The notes under the pieces are model-generated. The model searched no databases and was not told the origin of the DNA. It saw only the letters and a program-made list of their open reading frames with translations. Shown piece by piece: positions 1 to 9,000 of a stretch of 50,780 nucleotides of DNA. Origin of the DNA: Nanobdellota archaeon (GTDB lineage: Archaea; Nanobdellota; Nanobdellia; Woesearchaeales; SM23-78); contig JAHJQO010000006.1 in the NCBI GenBank assembly GCA_018819305.1, forward strand, positions 1 to 50,780. The letters are read 5' to 3'. The translations under genes and the position numbers were made by a program. Numbering within the stretch: position 1 is the stretch's first letter; each line of letters starts with the position of its first letter.

Positions 1-137
1 CAAGAAAGAAGCAATTTTGTTGCTTTTTCTAGCAGTATTATGTTTCTTATCGATTCTATTGTGGGATTGAGCCGAATATTTGGCTTGCCCATATTTTTCT
101 TTTAGAAAAACAGCATTTATTTATTTTTTGGATGGAG

Positions 138-186
138 CCTGAAAGCAAAGCTTTCAGGAACTTCAAAAATTTTTTAATTTTTGTTT
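138..186. repeat. Twin-hairpin intergenic element (copy A)
   Basis: CCTGAAAGC-AAA-GCTTTCAGG (138-158) followed by CAAAAATT-TTTT-AATTTTTG (164-183); same layout at 12027 and 19801. Confidence 0.6.
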
Positions 187-237
187 GTTTTGGGGAATTT
201 TAGAGTAGAGCTAGCTTAGCTCACAGATAAAAAAGGT

Positions 238-1869
238 TTACCTTGGATAAAAGTTATTTTGAAAACCAGATGGTAGATATCCATTAAGTCTAGTAATTAA
301 CCTTTGCACAAAGACAGGTTTTGTCTCTGAATCTCCAAAAGTTGAATAATACTTGATAGCATCAAATTCAAGCAGAAAATTATCTCTCAATGCACTGAAA
401 TCTTCAGCCATTTTTTTTATTTTATCTATATCATTAGGAAAAACCATTTCAGTGGTTCCTGTTGAGTGCACAATTAATGATTTAGGATTAATCTTTGTAC
501 TGGCCTCTTGCATCAAAGTTGCCATGGCATTATAATCTGCTACGCTTGGACTCGCAGAGAAAAATTTAGCAAGTTTATATCTTAAAGCTTCGACAGCCAT
601 AGCATCTCGAGAAGGAGTCACCATAATTTCCAAGTATTCTGGATGGGTATGGACAAAAATAGGATCTTTGCTCAATTTAGATATGTCATAAGTAATAAAA
701 TTAGTTCTTGCTCCGCCTGGTTTGAGTTCTAGCTTACCACCTAAAGAGTACCATGTTTCTTCATTAGAGTCAAACACCCACATCCCCTCACTTAAGGGAT
801 TCCAACCTCCTCCTGTCATCGCTATTTTTTCAAGGTCTTTCATTCCTTCAGAAAATGATTTTTTATTAATATAAGGAAGAGCTGCATATTCGAGCGAACC
901 TTGGGATTCTTGAAAATATCTTTCTATTGAAAAAGGGTCTATTATATTTTTGCCTTTTTTCAATGATTTGGAGGGATTCAGTTTTTTGTTAAATTGTTCT
1001 AGCAAGTTATCTTGTTTTTTCCTTGTTTTTGCATATGAGAAAAACATACTGAGCATTTCATTTGGAGTGATACCATAACAAGGACATCCAAAAGTAATTA
1101 AATCCTCAAATTCCCGGTAATTGCTTGCTTGGTAATAAGGTCTTTCACCACCTAGTATCTGAAAAACTTCCACTACTAATTCTGGATTGACTTTAGCCAA
1201 GTGAAGCGACCTGAATGCATCATTGAAACTGGGAAATACATATCCGCATAATGAACCATCAGCCTCAGGAAGTTTCATAATCGTTTGGGATGCTTGCTTA
1301 ACAGAAAGTCCCAATCTAGTTGCAAATGAGAAAATAAACAAAGAAGTATCCATCACGCCATTATCCGCACTTGTCTTAATCATTTCTTTGAATGTATCAA
1401 GGTTTGAAGGCAAGTCTGCTTGGTTTTCTGCATTGTGATTAATAGCTCTTGTTAAAAGCATTATATTATTGTATTCTTGTATGAACTCATATTTAATAGA
1501 TTTCATCATATGCATAAGAAGATCCTGAGATTGTTCATATGTCAGACCTGCTTTTTCAGAAGCACTCATGTATTTCGGAAGGTTTTCTAAACTTTTACGT
1601 AAACCATACCAATGAACGACTTCCTCAATAGAACCTTCTTCATTCAACATATGCATTGGCCTTTGATTAAATCTTTTTTCTTCTTTAAGAAAATTAACTA
1701 GGTCTTTTTCCTTGAAAGAATTGAAATTATTAATTATTAAATCAGTTAATTCGGAATCAGGTAATGGTGAAAATCCATTTCTCAAAAAAATAGTCCTTAT
1801 ATATTGAGATTTTTGGTGTTTATCACCAATTAACACACTTCCTTGGTATGATTGATTTTCTGTAGTCAT
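238..1869 (-). CDS. Hypothetical protein with C-terminal JAB/MPN-like metalloprotease motif
   Basis: 543-aa ORF (ATG at 1869) with upstream TATA-like element; E(GMWVF)...HTHP...SPSVAD resembles JAMM E..HxH..SxxD with a long insert. Confidence 0.55.
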   Translation of the reverse strand: MTTENQSYQGSVLIGDKHQKSQYIRTIFLRNGFSPLPDSELTDLIINNFNSFKEKDLVNFLKEEKRFNQRPMHMLNEEGSIEEVVHWYGLRKSLENLPKYMSASEKAGLTYEQSQDLLMHMMKSIKYEFIQEYNNIMLLTRAINHNAENQADLPSNLDTFKEMIKTSADNGVMDTSLFIFSFATRLGLSVKQASQTIMKLPEADGSLCGYVFPSFNDAFRSLHLAKVNPELVVEVFQILGGERPYYQASNYREFEDLITFGCPCYGITPNEMLSMFFSYAKTRKKQDNLLEQFNKKLNPSKSLKKGKNIIDPFSIERYFQESQGSLEYAALPYINKKSFSEGMKDLEKIAMTGGGWNPLSEGMWVFDSNEETWYSLGGKLELKPGGARTNFITYDISKLSKDPIFVHTHPEYLEIMVTPSRDAMAVEALRYKLAKFFSASPSVADYNAMATLMQEASTKINPKSLIVHSTGTTEMVFPNDIDKIKKMAEDFSALRDNFLLEFDAIKYYSTFGDSETKPVFVQRLITRLNGYLPSGFQNNFYPR

Positions 1870-1942
1870 GGTCAATCATAGCAAAGAGATTATAATAATT
1901 TATAAAACTTTCGCATAATTAACTACTATTAAGTGAGAATAA

Positions 1943-2725
1943 TCAGCTTAGCTCAACAACCAGCTTTGCAGCTGTCTTAGAAGTAATATCATTCACATCT
2001 TTGTCAGGGTTGACTTCAACAACATCAACCATGCCAATGTTTCTGAGCATTTTAAGTCTGTGGATGATGTAAATCAACTGTCTTGTTGTCAGGCCTCCTG
2101 GCTCGCAATAACCTGTTCCTGGAGCAAAACCAGGGTCAAGAACATCAATATCAACAGATATGTATACTTTGCTCCAGAGTCTTGCAACACTCATAATAGT
2201 GTCTGCAACTTCTCTGAGAATATCAAAGCTGATTTTTCTCATAGAATGAACTTTTAATTTGTTATCATCAATGAATTTTTTCTCTTGAATGCTCATGTTT
2301 CTTGTGCCAACCAGAATAACATTGTTTTTATCAACAATTCCTTCTTCAATCAGAACTCTCAAGTAATCTTCATGTGTTGGAGGGTTGTGTTTTTCCTGAA
2401 CATCTGGATGAGCATCAAAAACAATAATTCCTGCTTTGGGATTGTTCTTTGCAAAAGCCTTGAAAGCAGGATATGTCATTGAATGGTCTCCGCCAATCAA
2501 AACAGTTGGAAAATCAATTTTCTCAACTGCTTGTTCAATCATCTTATGTGCTTCTGAAAGATTTGAATTATCAACTTTAATCTCTTTGACATCAAACACA
2601 GGCAAATAATTATTCTCAGTAAGATGAAAATCTTTTAGAAAACCAGCTATCTTATCAGGGCCTTTTTCAATTCCCTGCTTCTTGCTCATAGCGCCTGCAT
2701 TAAGAGGGATTTTGAATATTCTCAT
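1943..2725 (-). CDS. Arginase/agmatinase (ureohydrolase) family protein
   Basis: GGDHS, DAHPD, SVDIDVLDP, PGTG and VEVNP motifs; start moved to ATG 2725 (MRIFKIP). Confidence 0.9.
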   Translation of the reverse strand: MRIFKIPLNAGAMSKKQGIEKGPDKIAGFLKDFHLTENNYLPVFDVKEIKVDNSNLSEAHKMIEQAVEKIDFPTVLIGGDHSMTYPAFKAFAKNNPKAGIIVFDAHPDVQEKHNPPTHEDYLRVLIEEGIVDKNNVILVGTRNMSIQEKKFIDDNKLKVHSMRKISFDILREVADTIMSVARLWSKVYISVDIDVLDPGFAPGTGYCEPGGLTTRQLIYIIHRLKMLRNIGMVDVVEVNPDKDVNDITSKTAAKLVVELS

Positions 2726-2833
2726 GTAGAACAGGAAAAAATGATTGGTTTTAAATGTTTTCAAAAGAATTATAAACACAGCATAATAATGTTAGAAAGT
2801 AGTAAAATTCAAAATCAGAAAAAAGGTGATAAC

Positions 2834-3025
2834 ATGGCAAAAATAAGAGATATTATTCGTGAATGCGTTGAAGATGTACATAAACTTACTCATCAACCAA
2901 AATATTTGAATGACAGGGATGCTCGTGCTCAATTTGCATCACAAATAGGTTTGAAACTTGAACAAGTATGGCACGCACTTGATAAAATAGAACATGTTCT
3001 TGAAAACATAGAACATAACATATAA
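2834..3025 (+). CDS. Small hypothetical protein (63 aa, helical)
   Basis: AGGTGA SD directly before ATG 2834; plausible composition. Confidence 0.6.
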   Translation: MAKIRDIIRECVEDVHKLTHQPKYLNDRDARAQFASQIGLKLEQVWHALDKIEHVLENIEHNI

Positions 3026-3046
3026 ATAATATCTGTGTAAATAAAC

Positions 3047-3682
3047 TCAAGCATTCCTAAGCAAATCAATAGCAAGCTTAGGATCATTGCTGTTAAATAT
3101 ATAGCTTCCTGAAACAAGAATATTAGCTCCTGCTTCTATTGCCAGATAAGCAGTGTCTGCATTTATTCCTCCGTCAACAGCAATATCTTTCATAGGATAT
3201 TTTTTTCTTATGCTTTTGACTTTTTTAAGAGGAGTTTTCATCATCTTTTGCCCTCCTTTGCCAGGCTTGACAGTCATGACCAGCACTAAGTCAACATCAG
3301 GAAGAATTTTTTCTATTTTTTTCAAAGGAGTCTCTGGATTTAAAGCTATACCTACAGAAACTTTTTTCTTTTTTAGATGCTCAATTAGTTTTTTTGGAGA
3401 ACGTATTGCTTCGATGTGAAAAATTATTCCCTCAGCACCTGCTTTTATGTATTTGTCAACAATTTTCTCAGGCTGCTTAACCATAAGATGAACAATTTTA
3501 TTCAGTTTAGTATCTATTTTTTCAAGAAGAGTATGGTCAAATGTTTTCTGAGGCACAAACTTGCCATCCATCACATCAAGATGAACAGAATTCGCAGTGT
3601 CGACTCTCATAAGAGCCTGGTTAATCACAGTAATATCATTATAATCCAGACTCAAAATACTGACACCAACCTTAACAATCAA
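3047..3682 (-). CDS. rpe: Ribulose-phosphate 3-epimerase
   Basis: HLDVMDGKFVP, VHLMV, LVMTVKPGKGGQ, VDGGIN, LVSGSYIF motifs; TTG start after GGTGG. Confidence 0.95.
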   Translation of the reverse strand: MIVKVGVSILSLDYNDITVINQALMRVDTANSVHLDVMDGKFVPQKTFDHTLLEKIDTKLNKIVHLMVKQPEKIVDKYIKAGAEGIIFHIEAIRSPKKLIEHLKKKKVSVGIALNPETPLKKIEKILPDVDLVLVMTVKPGKGGQKMMKTPLKKVKSIRKKYPMKDIAVDGGINADTAYLAIEAGANILVSGSYIFNSNDPKLAIDLLRNA

Positions 3683-3726
3683 TCATACCACCTACAACAT
3701 ATAAATAGGGATAAATATTTATAAAA

Positions 3727-3786
3727 TTTGTCATTTAAAAATTGTTTTTATTTTTAAATTCAAAATTCTTTCAGAATTTTGTCATT
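3727..3786. repeat. Twin-hairpin element (divergent copy E) between rpe and rpiB, bounded by a TTTGTCATT direct repeat
   Basis: ATTTAAAAAT..ATTTTTAAAT (3733-3759) and CAAAATTCT-TTC-AGAATTTTG (3761-3781); TTTGTCATT at 3727-3735 and 3778-3786. Confidence 0.45.
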
Positions 3787-3830
3787 AAATTGACGAAAAG
3801 TTTATATAACTGATTAATAATCCTATTATC

Positions 3831-4283
3831 ATGGAAGAAAAAAAGAAAAAAATAATTCTTGCAGCTGACCATGCAGGTTTTGAATTAAAAGAAAAACTAA
3901 AAGAAGTTCTTAATGAAAGTGAAGTTCCTTTTGATGACTTAACACCTAAGTTTGACAAAGAAGATGATTATACTGATGAAGCTTTCAAAGCTGCTCGAAA
4001 AGTTGTCAAAGATAAAACACAAGGTATTCTTGTTTGCGGAACAGGTATTGGCATGTGTATTGCTGCCAACAAAGTCAAAGGTGCAATGGCTGCAATGGCT
4101 TATGATGAAAAAACCGCAAGATTAAGCAGGCAGCACAATGATGCAAATATTCTCTGTCTTGGTGCAAGAACAACTGAAGAAGGTGAAGCTGTAAAAGCTC
4201 TCAAAGCATGGCTCACAACAAGATTCTTAGAAGGCAGGCATGCTATAAGAGTTAATAAAATAAAAGAATTTGAGAGGGGATAA
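3831..4283 (+). CDS. rpiB: Ribose 5-phosphate isomerase B
   Basis: ADHAGFELK, CGTGIGMCIAANK, HNDANILCLGAR, GRHAIRV motifs. Confidence 0.95.
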   Translation: MEEKKKKIILAADHAGFELKEKLKEVLNESEVPFDDLTPKFDKEDDYTDEAFKAARKVVKDKTQGILVCGTGIGMCIAANKVKGAMAAMAYDEKTARLSRQHNDANILCLGARTTEEGEAVKALKAWLTTRFLEGRHAIRVNKIKEFERG

Positions 4284-4285
4284 AT

Positions 4286-4507
4286 ATGACCTATAATCCA
4301 AAGACTCATCAAGCATTAATGTATTGCTTATTAACATCAGAACATTTTTGGAATCTGCCTTATAAAGATATGGAAAATGTTTTAGATTTTCTTAATAGTA
4401 AGAATGCAAAAAGCACATGTAAAGGTGTTGATGAACAAATAGACAAAGTAAATGAAACTATAAATAAGATTTTTGACCCTGCTACATATTACAAAAAAAA
4501 TAAGTAA
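4286..4507 (+). CDS. Small hypothetical protein
   Basis: ATG 2 nt after the rpiB stop; 73 aa. Confidence 0.55.
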   Translation: MTYNPKTHQALMYCLLTSEHFWNLPYKDMENVLDFLNSKNAKSTCKGVDEQIDKVNETINKIFDPATYYKKNK

Positions 4508-4509
4508 AC

Positions 4510-5784
4510 TCAAAACTTCAGCTTCTTGCCTGCATAAGCACTTTTCTTTAAATCAGATTCTATTTCTATCAATCTGTTATACTTAGCAGTCCTTTCACCG
4601 CGACAAGGTGCTCCGAGTTTTATCTGGCTTGCTCCAATACCAACAGCAAGGTCTGCAATGTATGGGTCTTCTGTATCGCCGCTTCTATGGCTTACAACAA
4701 TTTCCCATCCTGCTTCCTGAGCCATTTTCGCTGCTTTCAAAGCCTCGCTTAGAGTTCCTATCTGATTTACCTTAAGAAGCAAAGCATTGCATAATTTCTC
4801 ATTTATAGCTTTTCTGACACGAGAAGGATTGCTAACAGTTAAATCATCACCAATAATCTGTATTTTTCTTTTTTTTGCCACAGTGCTCATGAATTCCTGC
4901 CATGCATCCATGTCATCCTGGTCAAAAGGGTCTTCAATGCTCTTGATATCAAATTTACTAAGTAATCTGTCGTAGTAAGTTGTCAGGCCTTTTGCACTGA
5001 AATTAGCACCTATGTCATATTCATTATTATAATAAAGTTCACTTGCTGCAACATCCATACCTATTCTTATTTTTCTTTTGTAGCCTGCCTTTGCAATAGC
5101 AGCATTGACTAATTCCAGGGCTTCTTCTGCTGTTCTTATTGGCGGTGCAAAGCCTCCTTCATCGCCAACATTAGTGGCATTTACACCATATTTATCATCA
5201 ATAATCTTCTTAAGCAAATGATATGTCTCACTCACCATTTGCATTGCATGTGCAAAGTTCTTGGCACCAGTTGGCAAGAGCAAAAACTCCTGAAACTTCA
5301 AATAATTTCCAGCATGCGCTCCGCCATTCAGCACATTTGCCTGAGGAACAGGAAGCACTGGATTATTCTTATTTCCAGAAAGCTCTGCTAAATACTCATA
5401 CAACTCTTTTTTCTTGAAATCAGCAGCTACTCTGCTTACAGCAAGGCTTACAGCAAGGATTGTATTTGCTCCTAAAATAGATTTATTTTCTGTAGTATCA
5501 AGTCTCTTAAGTTCTAAATCAATATCTTCCTGATTAGTGACTTTCATGCCATGGAGTTTTTTGCTGATTTTCTTGTTAATAATATCAATGTTATGGGTGA
5601 CTCCTTTTCCACCATATGGCTTCTTTTTATCTCTAAGCTCTAATGCTTCGTATTTTCCTGTGCTTGCTCCGCTAGGAACCATTGCAAAGCCAGAATGTTT
5701 TTTAGTTTTAACAATAACTTTAATAGTAGGATTTCCTCTTGAATCTAAGATTTGATATCCAGTTATCTCATGTATTTTATCCAA
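4510..5784 (-). CDS. eno: Enolase (phosphopyruvate hydratase)
   Basis: ILDSRGNPT, VPSGASTG, VGDEGGFAP, LLKVNQIG, SHRSGDTED, ERTAKYNRL; TTG start after GAGGTG. Confidence 0.97.
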   Translation of the reverse strand: MDKIHEITGYQILDSRGNPTIKVIVKTKKHSGFAMVPSGASTGKYEALELRDKKKPYGGKGVTHNIDIINKKISKKLHGMKVTNQEDIDLELKRLDTTENKSILGANTILAVSLAVSRVAADFKKKELYEYLAELSGNKNNPVLPVPQANVLNGGAHAGNYLKFQEFLLLPTGAKNFAHAMQMVSETYHLLKKIIDDKYGVNATNVGDEGGFAPPIRTAEEALELVNAAIAKAGYKRKIRIGMDVAASELYYNNEYDIGANFSAKGLTTYYDRLLSKFDIKSIEDPFDQDDMDAWQEFMSTVAKKRKIQIIGDDLTVSNPSRVRKAINEKLCNALLLKVNQIGTLSEALKAAKMAQEAGWEIVVSHRSGDTEDPYIADLAVGIGASQIKLGAPCRGERTAKYNRLIEIESDLKKSAYAGKKLKF

Positions 5785-5888
5785 TCACACCACCTCAGAC
5801 TAAAGGATTGTAAATGTCTTTTATTAAGTTTATGCTTTTGCTTAATAATTCCATATCAACTCATTACTCTCAAAATTTTTGTTTCTAT

Positions 5889-6020
5889 TAGCATTAGATG
5901 CTACAACCCGCACAGATTTTTCAAAAATCTGGTAAAAGTGTGTGGCGTAAAGCCACACGCGTGGAGCTTTATGCTCCACATTTTCGCCAACATTTTCTTA
6001 AAAGGTTGGGTGCCACCCCG
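5889..6020. other. Cluster of stacked hairpins in the pilin-enolase intergenic region (REP-like element or structured RNA)
   Basis: TAGCAT/ATGCTA, CAGATTTT/AAAATCTG, GTGTGTGGC/GCCACACGC, GTGGAGC/GCTCCAC, CCAAC/GTTGG; GC-richer than flanks. Confidence 0.45.
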
Positions 6021-6173
6021 TAACGCATTCTATGTAAGAATCGAAGAAATTTTGCCTTAAGAGTAATAAGTCTAATTAGAAAGAATCATTAAAGAAAAAA
6101 AGAAATAAAAAAAACAAAATTAAAAATTTTGAATATTTTTCTTAAAAACAAGAAAAATAAAATATTAAAAAAT

Positions 6174-6644
6174 TTATTCAAACTTACCAGATATTGAGCC
6201 TGTTGCAGTGTGTGATTCTGTTTCTCCACTTCTAACATATGAGACTTCAATGTTTCCTTTGAATGATGATGCTGTAAATGGACAGTTAGTTGCATCATTT
6301 CCAAAGGTAATCACCGTACTTTTCTGGCCGTTTGTTAGGGTTGGTATATCAACACCTGTGTTAGCTCCTGCGCATTCGATTCCCTGTGAGTTTGTTAGGG
6401 TAACGTTCACTGGAGATGCGTCCACTCCCAGGTTGTTCTGCAAGTAGATTTTCACTGTCTCTGTAGTATCATCCATTTTATATTCTACGCAACTAAATCC
6501 TCCAGCGACCAAACATTTGCTTGGCATAAATCTATCGGGACTCAATACTCCAAAGTATGCAAGTGCTCCAATAGCTGCTAATACAACTAGTATTGCCCAG
6601 CCATAAGTCATCAAGAATTCCATTGCTGCTTGTCCTTTTTTCAT
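6174..6644 (-). CDS. Archaeal type IV pilin, probable major pilin
   Basis: Class III signal peptide MKKG|QAAMEFLMTYGWAILVV; GAGGTGA SD; own promoter upstream. Confidence 0.9.
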   Translation of the reverse strand: MKKGQAAMEFLMTYGWAILVVLAAIGALAYFGVLSPDRFMPSKCLVAGGFSCVEYKMDDTTETVKIYLQNNLGVDASPVNVTLTNSQGIECAGANTGVDIPTLTNGQKSTVITFGNDATNCPFTASSFKGNIEVSYVRSGETESHTATGSISGKFE

Positions 6645-6720
6645 AATTTCTTCACCTCACTCTTTTTCTATAATTACCTTTAACGTAATTACAATACTTT
6701 TTTCTTATTTATTCTTTCCA

Positions 6721-6739
6721 ATATTTATAAAGTTTTTGG
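6721..6739 (-). promoter_or_regulatory. BRE/TATA promoter of the pilin gene
   Basis: Minus strand reads CCAAAAACTTTATAAATAT about 80 nt upstream of the pilin ATG. Confidence 0.55.
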
Positions 6740-6798
6740 TAAATACACTATTGAGATACTTTTTCGGCTATTGAATCTTTCTCGACAAATCGATTTGA

Positions 6799-8121
6799 TT
6801 AAAAAAATGTTCCAAAAGCAGCATGAATAATCATCGTAGAAAATGTATAAAGAATCAGTGAAACTGCAATAAAAATAGGGATATTAGACAAACCCTCCTT
6901 AATTCTTCCTTTCTTAATAATAGCAACTATGCAGGCAGATGAAAATGCAGAAATTGTCAGCATCAAATAAGAGAAAATCCTGAAATCACTGAGTTTTATT
7001 GAATCTGCAGAAAAAGAAAAACTGAAAAAACTAGATGAAGCACCCATTGTAGAACCTAAACTACTGGTTATATTCTGAATTATGACTAACAACTCAGTAG
7101 CTAATCCAAAAAGAACAGGAGCAGCTCCAATTGTGGCAAAAGAAATAAAAATAACATATGTAGTTACATTAGCTGCCATTTCTTTCTTTAAAATCTTTGT
7201 TTCTTCAATATTCAAAGCAATTTTGCTGAGCAAATCAGCCATTTCTCCGCCAGCAGCCATGCCCTCCAGCAATAAATTAACAGACCTTTGAATTATCTTT
7301 GAATCGTATTTGTTTGCAAAATCAGTCAAAGCATCAGCCAAATCCTCTCCTGCCATTGTGTTTTTTGCAACATCTTCTATTTCTTTTGCTAGCACACCAA
7401 AGCTGGGCCTGACAGCATACCATAAAGCCTGATCAATAGGCATACCTGCACTGATGTTAGCACTTGTCAGCTGAAGAAAGTCAGGAAAAACAGCTTCAAT
7501 AGCCTGCTTTCTCTGGAATATTTTCAAATCCAGATAAATCAAATACACCATCCATAATAATGCCAGAAGAATAAAAAATACAGTTATCCAGAAACCAAGC
7601 AAAAACACCACAAGGTTTCCAAAGCTTTTTTGAAAAGCAATATTCAGGATAATAACTACAACTGTTAATACAATGCAAAGGTAGACATTAAATTTAAATA
7701 GTTTTTTTGCAATTTTTCTGGCATCTAAAGTTACCATGCCTGCCCTTTCCAAAGATTTCTGAAGGTCAATGCTCTTAACAAAGCCTCTGATGGAATAACT
7801 TCTTTTATTTCTTTTCTTTTTTTTAGATAGAATATTTTTCTTTTTCAGGTTCTTGAGTTTTTCAAGGTCTTTTGCTTTGGGCAGCTTTTTTTCAAGATCT
7901 GATTTTATAGATGGTTCGGGAGTTTTGGTTTTTGATTTATCAGGAATTTTTTCTTTTTCTATCTTTTTCTCTTTACTCTTAACCTTCTCTTCTTTACCTT
8001 CTTTACCTTCATTACCTTCATTACCTTCATTACCTTCATTACCTTCATTACCTTCATTACCTTCTTCAACAGGAAGTTCCTGCTTTTTTTTCTTGAAAAA
8101 ATTGAATTTCATAATATTCAT
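6799..8121 (-). CDS. Type II secretion system F family / TadC-like pilus platform protein
   Basis: Several TM helices; FPDFLQLTSANISAGMPIDQAL signature; charged N-terminal extension. Confidence 0.88.
   Translation of the reverse strand: MNIMKFNFFKKKKQELPVEEGNEGNEGNEGNEGNEGNEGKEGKEEKVKSKEKKIEKEKIPDKSKTKTPEPSIKSDLEKKLPKAKDLEKLKNLKKKNILSKKKKRNKRSYSIRGFVKSIDLQKSLERAGMVTLDARKIAKKLFKFNVYLCIVLTVVVIILNIAFQKSFGNLVVFLLGFWITVFFILLALLWMVYLIYLDLKIFQRKQAIEAVFPDFLQLTSANISAGMPIDQALWYAVRPSFGVLAKEIEDVAKNTMAGEDLADALTDFANKYDSKIIQRSVNLLLEGMAAGGEMADLLSKIALNIEETKILKKEMAANVTTYVIFISFATIGAAPVLFGLATELLVIIQNITSSLGSTMGASSSFFSFSFSADSIKLSDFRIFSYLMLTISAFSSACIVAIIKKGRIKEGLSNIPIFIAVSLILYTFSTMIIHAAFGTFF
7993..8064. repeat. 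In-frame 9-bp tandem repeat, 8 units, encoding (EGN)6(EGK)2
   Basis: TTTACCTTC x2 plus ATTACCTTC x6. Confidence 0.9.
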
Positions 8122-8136
8122 CTCATTATCAACCTA

Positions 8137-8931
8137 CTATAGCTCCATAGGCGGTCTTGCTGATTTAATTATTGCAAAAAACATGAATTGGACAAATCCA
8201 ACCATACCTGCCATTATCAGTAAAAATGGCAATGGTATTGGAAAGCCAAGAAATGTGGCCAGCACAATAAGCACTGTTGTTCCCAGGCTTGGAACAATGA
8301 CTGCTATCATCATATAAAACATTGCCAGAGGATTAAGTTTTCGTCCATATTCTTTAACAGCAATTTGCTGCTGCCTTACAATTTGGTCTATAACTGCATT
8401 AAGAGAGTCAGCAACATCAGCGCCTGTTCGCATAGAATTTAGAACCTGCCACATTAGTTTTCTTAAATCCGGGGAAGGTGTATTTATTATGGCTTCATTC
8501 ATAGCTTCTTCCATTGTTGTTCCTAGATTGACTTTCTCTACAATCTCGTCAAAAAAAGGCCCTATCACTTTATAATTCCTACCGAGATTGATAAACGCAT
8601 TATAAAGAGGCACACCTGATTGAAGTTCAATAATCAGGAACCTGCCTGCAAAGATTATTTCCTGGTCAATGCTTCTTGTAATCTTTGTAATCTTTACATC
8701 AACATATCTTAGAAAATAAGAAAAAGCAAATAAAAAAATAATAGGAGCTAAAATTATTACTCCTGGCTTTTTTACAAATGTAAAAGCAACTATTAAGATT
8801 CCAAAGGTGAGAAATAAAGCTGTGCTAAAAGTTTTTTTTACATAGTGCTCTGGCTCTTCAAACATGCGAGATTGAATTAATTTTATCTTCAAGTCAGGCA
8901 TGCGCCTAGCAATTAACTTAAATATAGACAT
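8137..8931 (-). CDS. Type II secretion system F family / TadB-TadC-like platform protein
   Basis: TM helices; ELQSGVPLYNAF and EYGRKLNPLAMFYM; adjacent to secretion ATPase. Confidence 0.88.
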   Translation of the reverse strand: MSIFKLIARRMPDLKIKLIQSRMFEEPEHYVKKTFSTALFLTFGILIVAFTFVKKPGVIILAPIIFLFAFSYFLRYVDVKITKITRSIDQEIIFAGRFLIIELQSGVPLYNAFINLGRNYKVIGPFFDEIVEKVNLGTTMEEAMNEAIINTPSPDLRKLMWQVLNSMRTGADVADSLNAVIDQIVRQQQIAVKEYGRKLNPLAMFYMMIAVIVPSLGTTVLIVLATFLGFPIPLPFLLIMAGMVGFVQFMFFAIIKSARPPMEL

Positions 8932-9000
8932 TTATCACCCTCCGGAAATAATCATTAATCAAAAACAATATTTTCAAAATATTTTTAATCCATAATATTT

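Noticed and set aside
5752-6060. 102-aa ORF over the hairpin cluster
   Set aside because: No SD, atypical composition, overlaps the eno start on the opposite strand
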